A DNA stretch of 64,000 nucleotides from Sulfurovum sp. (GCF_036568385.1 NZ_DATCSP010000026.1:16224-80223); one strand, 5' to 3'. Numbered from the stretch's first letter, positions 10,330-20,982 are shown. Program-made: numbers and translations. The notes: generated by a model not told the origin, from the sequence alone.

Positions 10330-10949
10330 TGGATAAAAAGCTTATTATCTTTGACATGGATGGTACACTGATAAACTCTTCCATCACCATAGCCAATGCC
10401 ATCAACTATGTGCGAAAGAACCTGGGCTTCGAGCCTATGGAACAGGGACATATCCTGCGACTGGTCAATGACCATACCATCGATCCCGCACGAACGTTTT
10501 ACCATGCCAAAGCGTTCGACCGTGATCATGAAAGATGGTTTTCAGAGTATTACACGAAAAACCATCAAAATGAACTGGTGCTCTATCAGGGTATCAGGGA
10601 GCTGCTTGAAACCCTTAAAGAGAGAGGACATGCGCTGGCTGTAGCCACCAATGCCTACAGGGGATCCACCATAGAATCGCTGACCCATTTGGATGTGCAC
10701 CATTATTTCGACGGGATTGCCTGTTACGATGATGTTCCCCGGGGTAAACCGCATCCGGACATGCTTCATAAACTCCTTGATGAACTGTCGCACAGTAACC
10801 ATGAGGCGCTGTTCATTGGAGACGGTCCGCGTGATGAGGTGGCCAGTCAAAGAGCAGAGATAGACTATATCATGGTAGACTGGGGTTTCACCGACCATAC
10901 CGATGCCGTAAAAAGCGTGGATGACCTGCATAAACTGCTGGTAGGGTGA
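10329..10949 (+). CDS. HAD-superfamily hydrolase (phosphoglycolate phosphatase-like)
   Basis: 'IIFDMDGTLINS' motif I, 'ATNA' motif II and 'GDGPRD' motif IV. The start overlaps the upstream stop. Confidence 0.8.
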   Translation: MDKKLIIFDMDGTLINSSITIANAINYVRKNLGFEPMEQGHILRLVNDHTIDPARTFYHAKAFDRDHERWFSEYYTKNHQNELVLYQGIRELLETLKERGHALAVATNAYRGSTIESLTHLDVHHYFDGIACYDDVPRGKPHPDMLHKLLDELSHSNHEALFIGDGPRDEVASQRAEIDYIMVDWGFTDHTDAVKSVDDLHKLLVG

Positions 10950-10976
10950 GCCACCCGCTTATCCTTGCAGCACCGT

Positions 10977-12125
10977 TCAGCGCCCCGATAGCTTTCCTTT
11001 TAAAAACAGACCCAGCGCGATCGTCACTGCTATACCCGAGACGATCAAAAACAATCCCTGTATCCCGTAGTACTTCACGATCGGTTCAAAGAGAAGCGGG
11101 GAAGAGAACTGTCCCAGAAAGAAGCTTGAAGCGAGCACGCCTGAAGCCTTTCCTCTTTTATGTGCCGGTACTTTTGCGAGGAACCAGGAATTGGTATTCA
11201 CAAGGATCAGCCCGAAGCCTGTCCCTATAAACACGGTACTGTAAAAAAGCTGTGCGATCGAACCCGCCTGTGAGATAATGAAAAGCCCGGTGCCAAAAAA
11301 GATAAAGGTAATGATATAGATCTGCCGGTAGGAGAACCTTGCCTTGAGCCTGGCATACTGCCTGGATGTGAGGGCATTAAAGAACATGGCCACAGCGATG
11401 ACAAAACCTATGGTACTTGGCTCTCCATGCAGTGTCTCAATGATAAGGTAGGGCAACTGAGTCGGCATCATATAAAAAAGTACCATCGCGAAATAGGCGG
11501 TCAGATAGACAGGCCAGAGATTGGATTCGATCTTGATCTCATGTTCGAGAGGGTGATGTTTTTCAGGTTCATACAATGAGGATACGACCAAAGGCAGAAA
11601 GAAGAGCGGCAAAATATACATGGCAAAAGGATAGGACCAGTGCAGCTCTGCAAGAAAACCGCCCGAAGTGATGAAGAGAATCCCCCCTATCGCGACCGCC
11701 ATTCCCTGTACGGACATAAACTTGTGCCGTCCCTTCTCATCGAAATAATCGCCGATGAGAGCGGTGGAACTGGTCATCAACAAAGCAACAGCGATACCCA
11801 GAATGGCGCGTCCTGCCAGGATCGCATAGAAGTCATGCAGGTAGAATCCAGAACTTCCACCTGCGACAAAGAGGATGATGCCTGTATAGAGCGGTTTCAG
11901 TCTGCCGAACCTGTCCACGATGATACCGGCAAAGGGAGCGAAAAGCGCGATGATGATAGAGGGGATGGTCAGCATCAATTTGGAAAGGAATTCGATATTG
12001 GGGATATGGTGGAATGTCTGGCTGATGAGCGGCAGAGAAGAGACCACAGTAATTCCGGACATCACGCCCATGGTGGCTATCAGCAACAGAGAGATCCGGA
12101 TGTTTTTAGTGATCGTTTTAGGCAT
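10977..12125 (-). CDS. MFS transporter
   Basis: Twelve hydrophobic segments and the 'DRFGRLKP' MFS loop motif. The ORF extends to 12338, but the ATG at 12125 ('MPKTITKN') avoids overlap with the divergent gene. Confidence 0.8.
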   Translation of the reverse strand: MPKTITKNIRISLLLIATMGVMSGITVVSSLPLISQTFHHIPNIEFLSKLMLTIPSIIIALFAPFAGIIVDRFGRLKPLYTGIILFVAGGSSGFYLHDFYAILAGRAILGIAVALLMTSSTALIGDYFDEKGRHKFMSVQGMAVAIGGILFITSGGFLAELHWSYPFAMYILPLFFLPLVVSSLYEPEKHHPLEHEIKIESNLWPVYLTAYFAMVLFYMMPTQLPYLIIETLHGEPSTIGFVIAVAMFFNALTSRQYARLKARFSYRQIYIITFIFFGTGLFIISQAGSIAQLFYSTVFIGTGFGLILVNTNSWFLAKVPAHKRGKASGVLASSFFLGQFSSPLLFEPIVKYYGIQGLFLIVSGIAVTIALGLFLKGKLSGR

Positions 12126-12253
12126 AAGAAACTTTATATAGAAATGGTCTTTAAACGAAAGTATAGCTTCTTTTAAATATACGGGTATTGAATTGATGCC
12201 CTGATATAATCCGAATTTTGGTATATTACGCGAAAAACAAAAGTGGATAGGCC

Positions 12254-12958
12254 ATGTCAAAATCTCTTCTAACCGACCTTTTAGCAGTCCTTTGTATCGG
12301 TGCATCCTTCCTGGTGCCGTCTGACTATCAGCATGCACTGCTGTTCACAGGACTTTTTGCACTTTCCGGTGCCATTACCAACCAGCTTGCTATTCATATG
12401 CTGTTTGAAAAGGTTCCTCTCCTCTATGGTTCCGGTGTGATAGAAAAGAACTTCGATCTCTTTAAGAGCTCCATCAAAAAGATGATGATGCAGCAGTTTT
12501 TCACCAAAGCACAGTTGGAAGACTTTTTTGCGAAGGAAGAGAAAAAGATCGACCTTGGACCCCTGGTCGAAAACACCGACTTCTCTCCTGCATTTGATGC
12601 ACTCTCCAAAACGGTCATGGAGTCAAAGTTCGGCGGGGCCATTTCCATGTTCGGCGGTGAAGCGGCCCTGGAGGGGTTACGGGAACCGTTCTCAAAAAAG
12701 CTCAGATCCGCCGTTGCTTCCATCGTCTCCTCTTCGGCATTCAAAGCACAGCTTGAACACCAGATCAGGCATTCCGATCTGAGCGAAGATATGCTGGCCA
12801 CCGTAGAAGCACTCATCACGAGCCGCCTTGAAGCGCTGACCCCCAAAATGGTCAAAGCACTGGTGCAGGAGCTCATCAAAGAACATCTGGGCTGGCTGGT
12901 CGTCTGGGGCGGTGTGTTCGGCGGGCTTATCGGTTTGGTCAGCGCATTTCTGATCTAA
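12254..12958 (+). CDS. DUF445 family membrane protein
   Basis: 'GAITNQLAIHMLFEKVP' and C-terminal 'HLGWLVVWGGVFGGLIG', characteristic of DUF445. Confidence 0.7.
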   Translation: MSKSLLTDLLAVLCIGASFLVPSDYQHALLFTGLFALSGAITNQLAIHMLFEKVPLLYGSGVIEKNFDLFKSSIKKMMMQQFFTKAQLEDFFAKEEKKIDLGPLVENTDFSPAFDALSKTVMESKFGGAISMFGGEAALEGLREPFSKKLRSAVASIVSSSAFKAQLEHQIRHSDLSEDMLATVEALITSRLEALTPKMVKALVQELIKEHLGWLVVWGGVFGGLIGLVSAFLI

Positions 12959-12981
12959 ACCGAACATGGCATTGCCTTCGT

Positions 12982-13548
12982 TTAAACATCTGCTTTTTTC
13001 CTGGCTGCCATAGAGGCCTTCATCGTCCTGTATCCCAGGTAGTCTTCATCCCAGAACGCCTGAAGGTGCAGCAGTTCGCAGCTGTCACCAAAGCTTGATT
13101 CCAGTTCACCTTCCTGGAGCATAAAAGCAGGGTTGGATGGGGCCCTTTCATTCTCCGGATGGTCCAAAAATGTCTCGAACAGGAGGATGCCCCCTGGCTT
13201 CAGCGCTTCTATCATCTGGGGAAAAAGTCTGCGTTCAAGGAAGTAGGTGCAGACGATCAGGTCATACTGCGCTTTGGGAAGCCTGTAGGTATCAAGATCG
13301 ACCTCCTTCGGATGGACATGTGCTACCCCTTTGAGCCGTGCCAGTGCGACACCTGAAATGTCCAATGCATCCACTTCAAAGCCCATGGAAGCCAGGTATT
13401 TGCTATGCCTTCCCATGCCGCATGCAATGTCGAGCGCCTGTGTTCCGCCAGCCAGTTTTGCATACTCCGTGATCAGTTTGACGGGTGTGTCGGGTATTTG
13501 ATTGTTCTGGTATTTTTCATCCCATCTTGTCTTGTCTTCCAATGCCAC
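12982..13548 (-). CDS. class I SAM-dependent methyltransferase (TehB-like)
   Basis: 'ALDIACGMGRHS' SAM motif I. The ORF runs to 13653, but that would overlap the xth start, so the in-frame GTG at 13548 is proposed. The start is uncertain. Confidence 0.7.
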   Translation of the reverse strand: MALEDKTRWDEKYQNNQIPDTPVKLITEYAKLAGGTQALDIACGMGRHSKYLASMGFEVDALDISGVALARLKGVAHVHPKEVDLDTYRLPKAQYDLIVCTYFLERRLFPQMIEALKPGGILLFETFLDHPENERAPSNPAFMLQEGELESSFGDSCELLHLQAFWDEDYLGYRTMKASMAARKKADV

Positions 13549-13612
13549 GCATACCCTTTTTTTGTTTGAAGTCTCTTTTGGTATTATTCTATCTAAATTA
13601 TCAAGGATTTTT

Positions 13613-14383
13613 ATGAGCACACTAACCTTTATATCATGGAATGTCAACGGCATACGGGCGGTTGAGAAAAAAGAGGCACTGAAGTGGATCGATGAGGAAA
13701 ATGTCGATTTTCTCGGTCTTCAGGAGATCAAGGCAGAGGCAGACCAGATCCCTGAGAGTATCTTTGAAAGAGAGTACAAGTTCCAGAGCATCAATTCATC
13801 TTCCAAAAAAGGACAGTCGGGGGTGGCACTCTTTACAGACATCAAAGGGGAAGCATCCTGCTGTTCTCATGTGGATATTTTGGATGAAGGGCGCATCAAT
13901 GAGTACCATTTTGGAGACATCGCGTTCTTTAATGTCTATTTCCCCAACGGACAACGGGACGATGAACGACTGGTATACAAGATGGAGTTCTATGACCGTT
14001 TCCTGAACCATATCAATACCCTCAGAGAGGAGGGAAAGTCGATCGTGGTATGCGGCGATGTCAATACAGCCCACAAAGAGTTTGACCTGGCACGTCCCAA
14101 GGCCAATGAAAAAACATCAGGTTTTTTACCGATGGAACGCGAGTGGATAGACAAACTCCTGAGCCACGGCTACATAGATACCTTCAGGCATGTCAGAGGC
14201 GATGAACCGGACCGATACAGCTGGTGGAGCTACAGGGCTGGGGCGAGAGGCAAGAACGTGGGATGGAGAATAGACTACTTCTTCGTTTCGGATGACCTCA
14301 AGGAGAGGATCGTCGATGCAGATATCTTGGATCATATCATGGGCAGTGACCATTGTCCTGTCAAGCTGGTGCTGAAGGTTTAA
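13613..14383 (+). CDS. xth: exodeoxyribonuclease III
   Basis: 'ISWNVNGIRA', 'LQEIK' and 'SDHCPV' motifs. The ATG at 13613 gives the canonical N-terminus. Confidence 0.9.
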   Translation: MSTLTFISWNVNGIRAVEKKEALKWIDEENVDFLGLQEIKAEADQIPESIFEREYKFQSINSSSKKGQSGVALFTDIKGEASCCSHVDILDEGRINEYHFGDIAFFNVYFPNGQRDDERLVYKMEFYDRFLNHINTLREEGKSIVVCGDVNTAHKEFDLARPKANEKTSGFLPMEREWIDKLLSHGYIDTFRHVRGDEPDRYSWWSYRAGARGKNVGWRIDYFFVSDDLKERIVDADILDHIMGSDHCPVKLVLKV

Positions 14384-14386
14384 ACC

Positions 14387-14770
14387 CTATCTTTTGGTCA
14401 AGTGCCATCCGAAGCCGCCCGGACATGGGTAAACGGAGAGTGTTTTTTTCGTACGTCCCCTAAGCGCTTCGATCGCTTTTTCTGCATCTTCCCGGGTCTC
14501 ATAGAGATCTTTAGGTTCTCCTTTGGCATCGGTACACCTGCATACTGAGCACTCTTGCAGATCGCTCGTGTCGGGATGGGGAGCAAGGGACCTTTGGATG
14601 TTTTCAATATGATCGTAGAGCGCCTCGCGTGTCTGCAGTTCAAAGTAGGCTAACAGCTGAGACTCAGAGTATCCTCTGAGGTCAGGATAGAGGCTATAAA
14701 GGGCTTGTAAGGCAGCTTCTTTTTTCGCCAGTTCGTTTTTGAGGGTTTGCAGGGACGAATGCAGGTTCAC
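14387..14770 (-). CDS. hypothetical protein with Cys cluster (CSVCRC...CPGG)
   Basis: Intact 127-aa ORF convergent with xth. No family recognised. Confidence 0.45.
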   Translation of the reverse strand: MNLHSSLQTLKNELAKKEAALQALYSLYPDLRGYSESQLLAYFELQTREALYDHIENIQRSLAPHPDTSDLQECSVCRCTDAKGEPKDLYETREDAEKAIEALRGRTKKTLSVYPCPGGFGWHLTKR

Positions 14771-14790
14771 GGCAGTAAAGAACTAGACGC

Positions 14791-15270
14791 TTAGTCTATG
14801 TCCCCCACATAGTAAAACTCATCCAACCCTTCCAGAAAGGCCATCAGCAGTTCATCGGAACATTTTTTAAAGTTCTTATGCCCTTCTTTACGGAAGAGAG
14901 AGGCCAGCTGCTGCTTTGTCAGTGCTACGTCTGCGAGGCCAAAGATGATCTCTATCTCTGGCTCTTTGAGTTCAAGAGCGATACGCAGTTTTTTGAGTAT
15001 CAGGTTGTTGGTGAGCTCGATGTCTTCTGCTTCCTCGTTCTTCTTAGGGGAGGGACCTCTTTTAAGTGTGACGAGACCATCCAGAAATACCCCCAGCTCT
15101 TCATACGAGCAGAGTTGGAAGCCCTTGTCCAGGCGTCGTTTGAGCAGGGCGTCCAATCGGGACATCTCCATCGTATAGCCTTCCAGCCTATAGGCTTCTA
15201 TCATCTCTTCGTTGGTCAAGTTCAACGCTTTTTTGATACGGTAAAGGATCTCGTTCGTGCTGATGATCAT
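14791..15270 (-). CDS. DUF1456 (YehS-like) family protein
   Basis: Two repeats of the DUF1456 pattern ('NEILYRIKKALNL', 'ILKKLRIALEL'). The ATG at 15270 avoids overlap with the upstream gene. Confidence 0.65.
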   Translation of the reverse strand: MIISTNEILYRIKKALNLTNEEMIEAYRLEGYTMEMSRLDALLKRRLDKGFQLCSYEELGVFLDGLVTLKRGPSPKKNEEAEDIELTNNLILKKLRIALELKEPEIEIIFGLADVALTKQQLASLFRKEGHKNFKKCSDELLMAFLEGLDEFYYVGDID

Positions 15271-15271
15271 C

Positions 15272-15733
15272 TTACTTTTTACCTGCTTCTTCCGCCAAGG
15301 CACCCAAAGCTATCTTTGCTTTTTTCAGTATCTCGAGACATTTCGGGTCTTTGACATTATGCTTGAGGGACCAGTACTCAGGGTTGGTATAGGTAATGGT
15401 CGTCTGACCTTCATAGTTGGTCGTAAAAAGGATGCGAAGAGGCAGGTCCAGGCCTATGGAAGGGTTGCAGTTCATAAGCACGGTTCCCATTTTCGGATTC
15501 CCGAAGACCACAACGGTTTCAGGCTTCAGGTTCATCTGTACTGCATGCGCATTGGCTTGATGGTCTATCGTGTTGAAATGGGTCAAGCCCTGGTCTTCGA
15601 TGAGCTTTTTCAGTTTGGCTACAGCTGTAGGCACGTCGTTCTCGCTCTCTACGGTTTCAAGAAATGTGCCTTTCTTGGCGTCACAGCCAAGCAAGGCAAA
15701 ACCGATCAATCCAAGTACAAGCAACTTTCTCAT
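15272..15733 (-). CDS. DUF302 domain lipoprotein
   Basis: Signal/lipobox 'ALLGC', plus 'VVVFGNPKMGT...DLPLRILF' typical of DUF302. Confidence 0.7.
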   Translation of the reverse strand: MRKLLVLGLIGFALLGCDAKKGTFLETVESENDVPTAVAKLKKLIEDQGLTHFNTIDHQANAHAVQMNLKPETVVVFGNPKMGTVLMNCNPSIGLDLPLRILFTTNYEGQTTITYTNPEYWSLKHNVKDPKCLEILKKAKIALGALAEEAGKK

Positions 15734-15749
15734 CACTATCCTTTCATCA

Positions 15750-16853
15750 CTAAACATTAAATCTAAAATGCATCACATCGCCGTCCTGTACGATGTACTC
15801 CTTGCCTTCCAGTCTGGCTTTACCGGCTTCTTTGGCTCCGCTCTCACCGCCATAAGTAATATAATCCTCATAGCTTATGACCTCTGCACGGATGAACCCT
15901 TTTTCAAAGTCATTGTGTATCACCGCTGCTGCTTTTGGTGCGGTCGTGCCTTTGCGTATCGTCCATGCACGTACCTCTTTGACACCTGCTGTAAAGTAGC
16001 TCATCAATCCAAGCTTGTCAAATCCTTTGTGGATGATCTGGTCAAGGCCGCTCTCTTTCACACCGAGATCATTGAGCATTTCCTGCTTTTCCTCTTCCTC
16101 GAAGTCTACCATCTCTTCCTCGACCTTCGCGCAGAGTTTGATCACTTCACTGTTGCGTTCCGCCGCATAGGCTTTGAGCACTTTGACATAGTCATTGTCT
16201 TCGGCAAGGCCGTCCTCATCGACATTGGCACCGTACATGATCTCTTTGGAGGTGAGGAGTCGAAGATCTTTGTTCATAGCCAGAAAACCGTCACTCTCCT
16301 TGTCTGCGAATGTAGATACAGGGTGCCCCTCTTCGATATGTGCCAGGAGCGCTTCCGCCACTTCGAGCTGCTCCTTGGCATCCTTGTCGTTTCCACGGGC
16401 TTTCTTTTTCAGCATCTCTATACGTTTGACGACCGCATCCAGGTCGGCAAAGAGCAGCTCCTGTTCAATGATCTCAACATCTCTGATCGGATCGATGGAA
16501 CCTTCCACATGCACGACGTTCGTATCGTCAAAGCATCTTACAATATGCAGGATCACTTCTGTCTCACGGATGTTCGAAAGAAACTTGTTCCCCAGACCTT
16601 CCCCTTTGCTGGCACCTTTGACCAGTCCTGCGATATCCACGAAGTCCAGGGTGGAGTGCTGTATTCTTTCAGGCTTGACGATCTCAGCAAGTTTGTCAAG
16701 TCTTTCGTCAGGAACAGGTACGACAGCTTTGTTGGGCTCTATGGTACAAAAAGGGTAGTTTGCACTCTCTGCGTTCTGTGCTTTGGTAAGTGCGTTGAAA
16801 GTGGTAGATTTTCCTACATTCGGTAGTCCTACGAGTCCTATACTGAGTCCCAT
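15750..16853 (-). CDS. ychF: redox-regulated ATPase YchF
   Basis: 'GLVGLPNVGKST' and 'DIAGLVKGAS' motifs, C-terminal 'VQDGDVMHFRFNV'. Confidence 0.95.
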   Translation of the reverse strand: MGLSIGLVGLPNVGKSTTFNALTKAQNAESANYPFCTIEPNKAVVPVPDERLDKLAEIVKPERIQHSTLDFVDIAGLVKGASKGEGLGNKFLSNIRETEVILHIVRCFDDTNVVHVEGSIDPIRDVEIIEQELLFADLDAVVKRIEMLKKKARGNDKDAKEQLEVAEALLAHIEEGHPVSTFADKESDGFLAMNKDLRLLTSKEIMYGANVDEDGLAEDNDYVKVLKAYAAERNSEVIKLCAKVEEEMVDFEEEEKQEMLNDLGVKESGLDQIIHKGFDKLGLMSYFTAGVKEVRAWTIRKGTTAPKAAAVIHNDFEKGFIRAEVISYEDYITYGGESGAKEAGKARLEGKEYIVQDGDVMHFRFNV

Positions 16854-17022
16854 GGTATTCCTTAAATATGATAATATGATTAGCGCGATTTTACCAGAAT
16901 ATTGGTGAAGAAGGGATTAGTCCGAAGATGCGGGGAGAGGCAGGCGGGAGCATGGGTCAGCAGACAGATCCTCCGCTGCAGAGCGGCCCGCCGTTAGTGG
17001 TCGCTGCAGCAGCGGTGAGCCG

Positions 17023-18489
17023 CTATTGGTGGCTCTCATCCTCTGCAAGTGTTTCGATGAACTTCACCATCATTCTTACACCGGCACCGGAAGCACCGGA
17101 TGGGTTTTCACCCCAGGCATGCTCTACAAAGGCCGGACCCGCGATGTCTATGTGTGCCCATTTGTCCGCGTGGTCCTCATCGATGAATTCAGAAAGGAAC
17201 TGACCTGCGGTGATGGCTCCGCCATAGCGTGTATTGGAGATGTTGCAGATATCTGCAACTTCTGACTTGAGGGTCTTTTTCAGATAACGGTTGAAGTCCA
17301 GTCCGGTAGCCAGTTCACCGGCATTCTTTGCCTCTTTGACGACAAGTGATCTGAGTTCTTCAGAGTTGCTCATGACACCCGATGTATAGTTTCCTACACC
17401 GACGACACAGGCACCAGTGAGCGTGGCAAGGTCAAAGAGATAGTCCGCTTTGACCTCCTGCTGTGCGTAGCAGAGCGTATCGGCAAGTACCAGGCGCCCT
17501 TCAGCATCCGTATTGCGTACTTCGATCGTTTTCCCGTTCTTGGCCACGAGTACGTCATCGGGTTTGTAGGCATCTCCGCCTATCATGTTTTCCACTGCAC
17601 CGATGAAACCGTGTACCTCGACAGGCAGGTCCATCTCTGCAATGGCCTTCATGACACCGATCACCGCTGAGCCGCCGCTTTTGTCCGCTTTCATGGTCAC
17701 CATGAAGTCAGCAGGTTTAAGACTGAGCCCACCGCTGTCATAGGTAAGACCTTTACCTACCAGGGTCACCACACATTTAGGGTTTTTCGGTTTGTGGGTC
17801 AGGTGGATGACCCTCGGTGCATGACGGCTTGCGCGTGCAACAGCCAGCAGGGTTTCCATCTTCTCTTTGCGAAGCTCTTTCGGTTTGAGTACATTACAGA
17901 CAAGGCCGGTGTCGTCCGCCATACCTTCCGCGATACCTGCCAGGACTTCCGGATAGCAGTCATCCGGTGTGGTATTGACGATGTCGCGCGTGAAGTTCGT
18001 CGCATCTGCCGTGATCTGTGCCTTATGGATCGCTTCAGAGGCTTTTTCTATATCGATCTCCAGCTCAGAGTACTCTTCAAGCGATACGGTGATATGCTTC
18101 ACAGGGTTTTTCTTTTTTTTGCTTTTGTAGGTTTGGAAACTGTAGGCTCCCAGGATGAATCCCTCGATCATGGCACGCAGCGTATAGGTACATCCCTTGT
18201 TCGTATAGGTCGCCACTTTGATAGATCTGTACTGGGTCCCTTGCAACGCTTTGATCGCCGAAGCAGCTGCCGGTCTGATGGAGCTGCTTGTCAAGGATTC
18301 TGCACCGACATAGAGCCTGTTCTTCTCCAGAAGCAGACAGGTCTCATCCTGTCCTGCCTCAAAACCTGCTTTCTTTAAGAGTTTTTTGTCCTGGACAAAA
18401 CGGTGTTTGGTGTCTTTGTCCACCACGATGATGATCTCTACATCGCTGCTTAGGTCGGCTACGGGAAGTGCGGTTAGTTCGAAATTCAT
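17023..18489 (-). CDS. pepA: leucyl aminopeptidase (M17)
   Basis: 'VGKGLTYDSGGLSLKP' and 'NTDAEGRLVLAD' M17 signatures. Confidence 0.9.
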   Translation of the reverse strand: MNFELTALPVADLSSDVEIIIVVDKDTKHRFVQDKKLLKKAGFEAGQDETCLLLEKNRLYVGAESLTSSSIRPAAASAIKALQGTQYRSIKVATYTNKGCTYTLRAMIEGFILGAYSFQTYKSKKKKNPVKHITVSLEEYSELEIDIEKASEAIHKAQITADATNFTRDIVNTTPDDCYPEVLAGIAEGMADDTGLVCNVLKPKELRKEKMETLLAVARASRHAPRVIHLTHKPKNPKCVVTLVGKGLTYDSGGLSLKPADFMVTMKADKSGGSAVIGVMKAIAEMDLPVEVHGFIGAVENMIGGDAYKPDDVLVAKNGKTIEVRNTDAEGRLVLADTLCYAQQEVKADYLFDLATLTGACVVGVGNYTSGVMSNSEELRSLVVKEAKNAGELATGLDFNRYLKKTLKSEVADICNISNTRYGGAITAGQFLSEFIDEDHADKWAHIDIAGPAFVEHAWGENPSGASGAGVRMMVKFIETLAEDESHQ

Positions 18490-18505
18490 TTTAGTTCCTT
18501 GTGTC

Positions 18506-19753
18506 TTAATTGAATTGGTCTTTTAAAATATCTTTTGCCTGTATCATATCTTTATCGCCGCGTCCTGAAAGATTGATCAGGATCGTTTTTCCTTTTACCT
18601 CTTCGGGTTTCATCTTTTTGAGGTAGGCGATGGCATGCGAGCTTTCAAAAGCAGGGATGATCCCTTCCGCCTGTGAAAGCCATACAAAAGCATCCAGGGC
18701 TTCATCATCCGTGATATAGTCATACTTCGCGATCCCTTCGTCTTTCAGGAACGAGTGCTCGGGGCCTATCCCCGGATAGTCAAGACCTGCAGAGATCGAG
18801 TGTGCTTCCTGGACCTGGCCGTCTTCATCCTGAAGCAGATAGCTCAGTTGGCCGTGAAGCACGCCCGGGCTTCCTTTGGCAAGGGAACAGCCGTGTTTGG
18901 AGTCCAGTCCCAGTCCTCCTGCTTCTATCCCGATACACTCTACGCTCTCATCTTCCAAGAAGTGATTGAAAATACCAAGGGCATTCGAACCGCCGCCTAT
19001 GCAGGCAATGACCTTGTCCGGCAGACATCCTTCTGCTGCATCGAGCTGTTTCTTTGCTTCCCAGCCTATGATGGACTGAATGTCACGTATCATCATAGGG
19101 TAGGGGTGCGGCCCCGCCACCGTACCGATGATATAGTAGGTGTCACGTGCATGGGTCACCCAGTGTCTGATGGCCTCGTTCATGGCATCTTTGAGGGTTT
19201 TGCTACCCGACTCGACCGCATGTACTTTTGCCCCAAGCAGCTTCATACGGAAGACATTCAGTTCCTGGCGCGCTGCATCTTTGGCGCCCATGAATATCTC
19301 GCATTCAAGTCCGAAAAGTGCCGCTACGGTAGCGGTTGCAACGCCGTGCTGGCCTGCACCTGTCTCGGCGATCACTTTTGTCTTGCCCAGTCTTTTTGCA
19401 AGGACCGCCTGTGCCACGGTATGGTTGATCTTGTGCGCGCCTGTGTGGTTCAGGTCTTCACGCTTAAGATAGATCTTCGCATCCAGTTCTTTAGAGAGGT
19501 TCTCAGCAAAGTAGAGGGAAGAGGGACGGCCGACATAGTGCTTGTAGTAGTGGTTGACCTCCGACCAGAAGTCCTCATCAAAACGTACCGCTTCATAATC
19601 TTTTTTAAGCTGTTCCAGTGCAGGCATCAGTGTCTCAGGTACAAAACGGCCGCCATAGCCTACCTGACCCTTTTCAATGCTGCCGAAGTGGCCTAGCCCA
19701 TCGGGGTCATGGGGGCTGTGTTTTGGGATGTATATTTCATTATGTAAGTTCAT
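18506..19753 (-). CDS. trpB: tryptophan synthase beta chain
   Basis: '[16 protein letters not shown]' PLP-lysine region and 'GGGSNA'. There is no trpA next to it. Confidence 0.95.
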   Translation of the reverse strand: MNLHNEIYIPKHSPHDPDGLGHFGSIEKGQVGYGGRFVPETLMPALEQLKKDYEAVRFDEDFWSEVNHYYKHYVGRPSSLYFAENLSKELDAKIYLKREDLNHTGAHKINHTVAQAVLAKRLGKTKVIAETGAGQHGVATATVAALFGLECEIFMGAKDAARQELNVFRMKLLGAKVHAVESGSKTLKDAMNEAIRHWVTHARDTYYIIGTVAGPHPYPMMIRDIQSIIGWEAKKQLDAAEGCLPDKVIACIGGGSNALGIFNHFLEDESVECIGIEAGGLGLDSKHGCSLAKGSPGVLHGQLSYLLQDEDGQVQEAHSISAGLDYPGIGPEHSFLKDEGIAKYDYITDDEALDAFVWLSQAEGIIPAFESSHAIAYLKKMKPEEVKGKTILINLSGRGDKDMIQAKDILKDQFN

Positions 19754-19824
19754 CGGTTTCTCTCATATAGTATTAGCTGGATTATATCCAATGAGAGGTT
19801 AGAATTCGCCTTTTGCGGTGAAGA

Positions 19825-20925
19825 TCAGACGATATAGGCGATCTCTGCCTGCGAATCCAGTCTCATGGGCGGTCCCCAGAAACCTATGCCGCTGTTGACA
19901 TAGAGATGGCTGCCGTTAGCGAGTTTATGGAGCCCTTTCACATAGGGCTGCTGCAGTCTGACCAGATACTCAAAAGGCCATATCTGCCCGCCGTGCGTAT
20001 GGCCGCTGAGTATCAGGTCAGGAGTATAGGTGTTGAGCTCTTCTATATATTTCGGCTGGTGGGCAAGGAGCAGGGTCCTGTAGTTCTCATTGACACCCCT
20101 GTATGCTTTGTCTATATCGGGTGCCAGCAGGTCCATACGGTAGCCGACACGGTCTGTCACGCCCACAATGTTGAGCTTCAGTGCATCGATCGTAATGTGT
20201 TCATTCAGCAGCAGGGTCATGTTGGTGGTTTTGATGAAATTTATGAGCTTCAGAGGTTCATGGAAGTATTCATGATTCCCCAGTACATAGTAGATGCCGT
20301 GTTTGGCTGAGATGTTTTCGAGTTCCCTGACAATGTCCTCTATCTCTTCCAGCGCGGTGTCTATCAGGTCTCCTGTGATGCAGACAATGTCCGGCTCCAG
20401 TGCATTTATTTTGGTGACAGAAGCTTTGACAAACTCCCTGTCGATCAGGCCGCCTATGTGAAGGTCACTGATCTGGACAATGGAAAAATCAAAACGGTCG
20501 AACTCCACGACATTGACGACCGGCTCTTTCATCCCTTCATAGGCACCGGCACTGACATAGGAGGTCGAGAGTGCGATCAGCGCAGCGTCTCCGCTGTTCT
20601 TGATAAATGCTCTTTTTGACATATCGACGTTCCTGAGTGTCTTATGGAACAGATTCAGCACCTCATGGACGATCAGGTACAGAAGCAGTACAAAAGAGAT
20701 ACCTACGGAGAGTGAGAAGAGATAATACAAAGGCGTGTTGATAAGGTCTGTATAGCGTCCTGCTACATAGAGTATATTGAAAATGAAGTTCAGCGCCAGC
20801 AGCAGAGTGAATCTTTTTTTGATCGTCTCGGATACCAGGAACCTTTTGATGACCCTGGAGTAAAAGAGATAGTGCAAAGCAAAGAAGAACAGCAGAAAGA
20901 TCGAGAAAAACATCATTACCCTCAT
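19825..20925 (-). CDS. membrane-anchored metallophosphoesterase
   Basis: N-terminal TM helices plus 'ISDLHIGG', 'TGDLID', 'GNHEY' and 'SGHTHGGQ'. Confidence 0.8.
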   Translation of the reverse strand: MRVMMFFSIFLLFFFALHYLFYSRVIKRFLVSETIKKRFTLLLALNFIFNILYVAGRYTDLINTPLYYLFSLSVGISFVLLLYLIVHEVLNLFHKTLRNVDMSKRAFIKNSGDAALIALSTSYVSAGAYEGMKEPVVNVVEFDRFDFSIVQISDLHIGGLIDREFVKASVTKINALEPDIVCITGDLIDTALEEIEDIVRELENISAKHGIYYVLGNHEYFHEPLKLINFIKTTNMTLLLNEHITIDALKLNIVGVTDRVGYRMDLLAPDIDKAYRGVNENYRTLLLAHQPKYIEELNTYTPDLILSGHTHGGQIWPFEYLVRLQQPYVKGLHKLANGSHLYVNSGIGFWGPPMRLDSQAEIAYIV

Positions 20926-20982
20926 ATCATTACCAACTTTTTTATTTATTGTAGCAGACGGCTGTGCAAAGCAGGTGCAGGG

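Noticed and set aside
12126-12338. N-terminal 71-codon extension of the MFS transporter ORF
   Set aside because: The extension is non-hydrophobic and would overlap the divergent DUF445 gene start (12254). The internal ATG at 12125 gives a normal MFS N-terminus.
15570-16826. 418-aa ORF on the + strand
   Set aside because: It is entirely antisense to ychF, whose product has unambiguous GTPase-family motifs. The antisense translation is low-complexity and matches nothing.
16854-17022. G+C-rich intergenic stretch with short CCGCT/AGCGG and CGCTG/CAGCG hairpins, plus the 91-aa ORF 16928-17203
   Set aside because: The stems are only 5 bp. The ORF overlaps the 3' end of pepA in antisense and is Ala/Ser/Pro-rich. 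The region is most likely just the pepA 3' region or a weak terminator.
18755-19696. 313-aa ORF on the + strand
   Set aside because: It is antisense to trpB, which has clear PLP-enzyme motifs.
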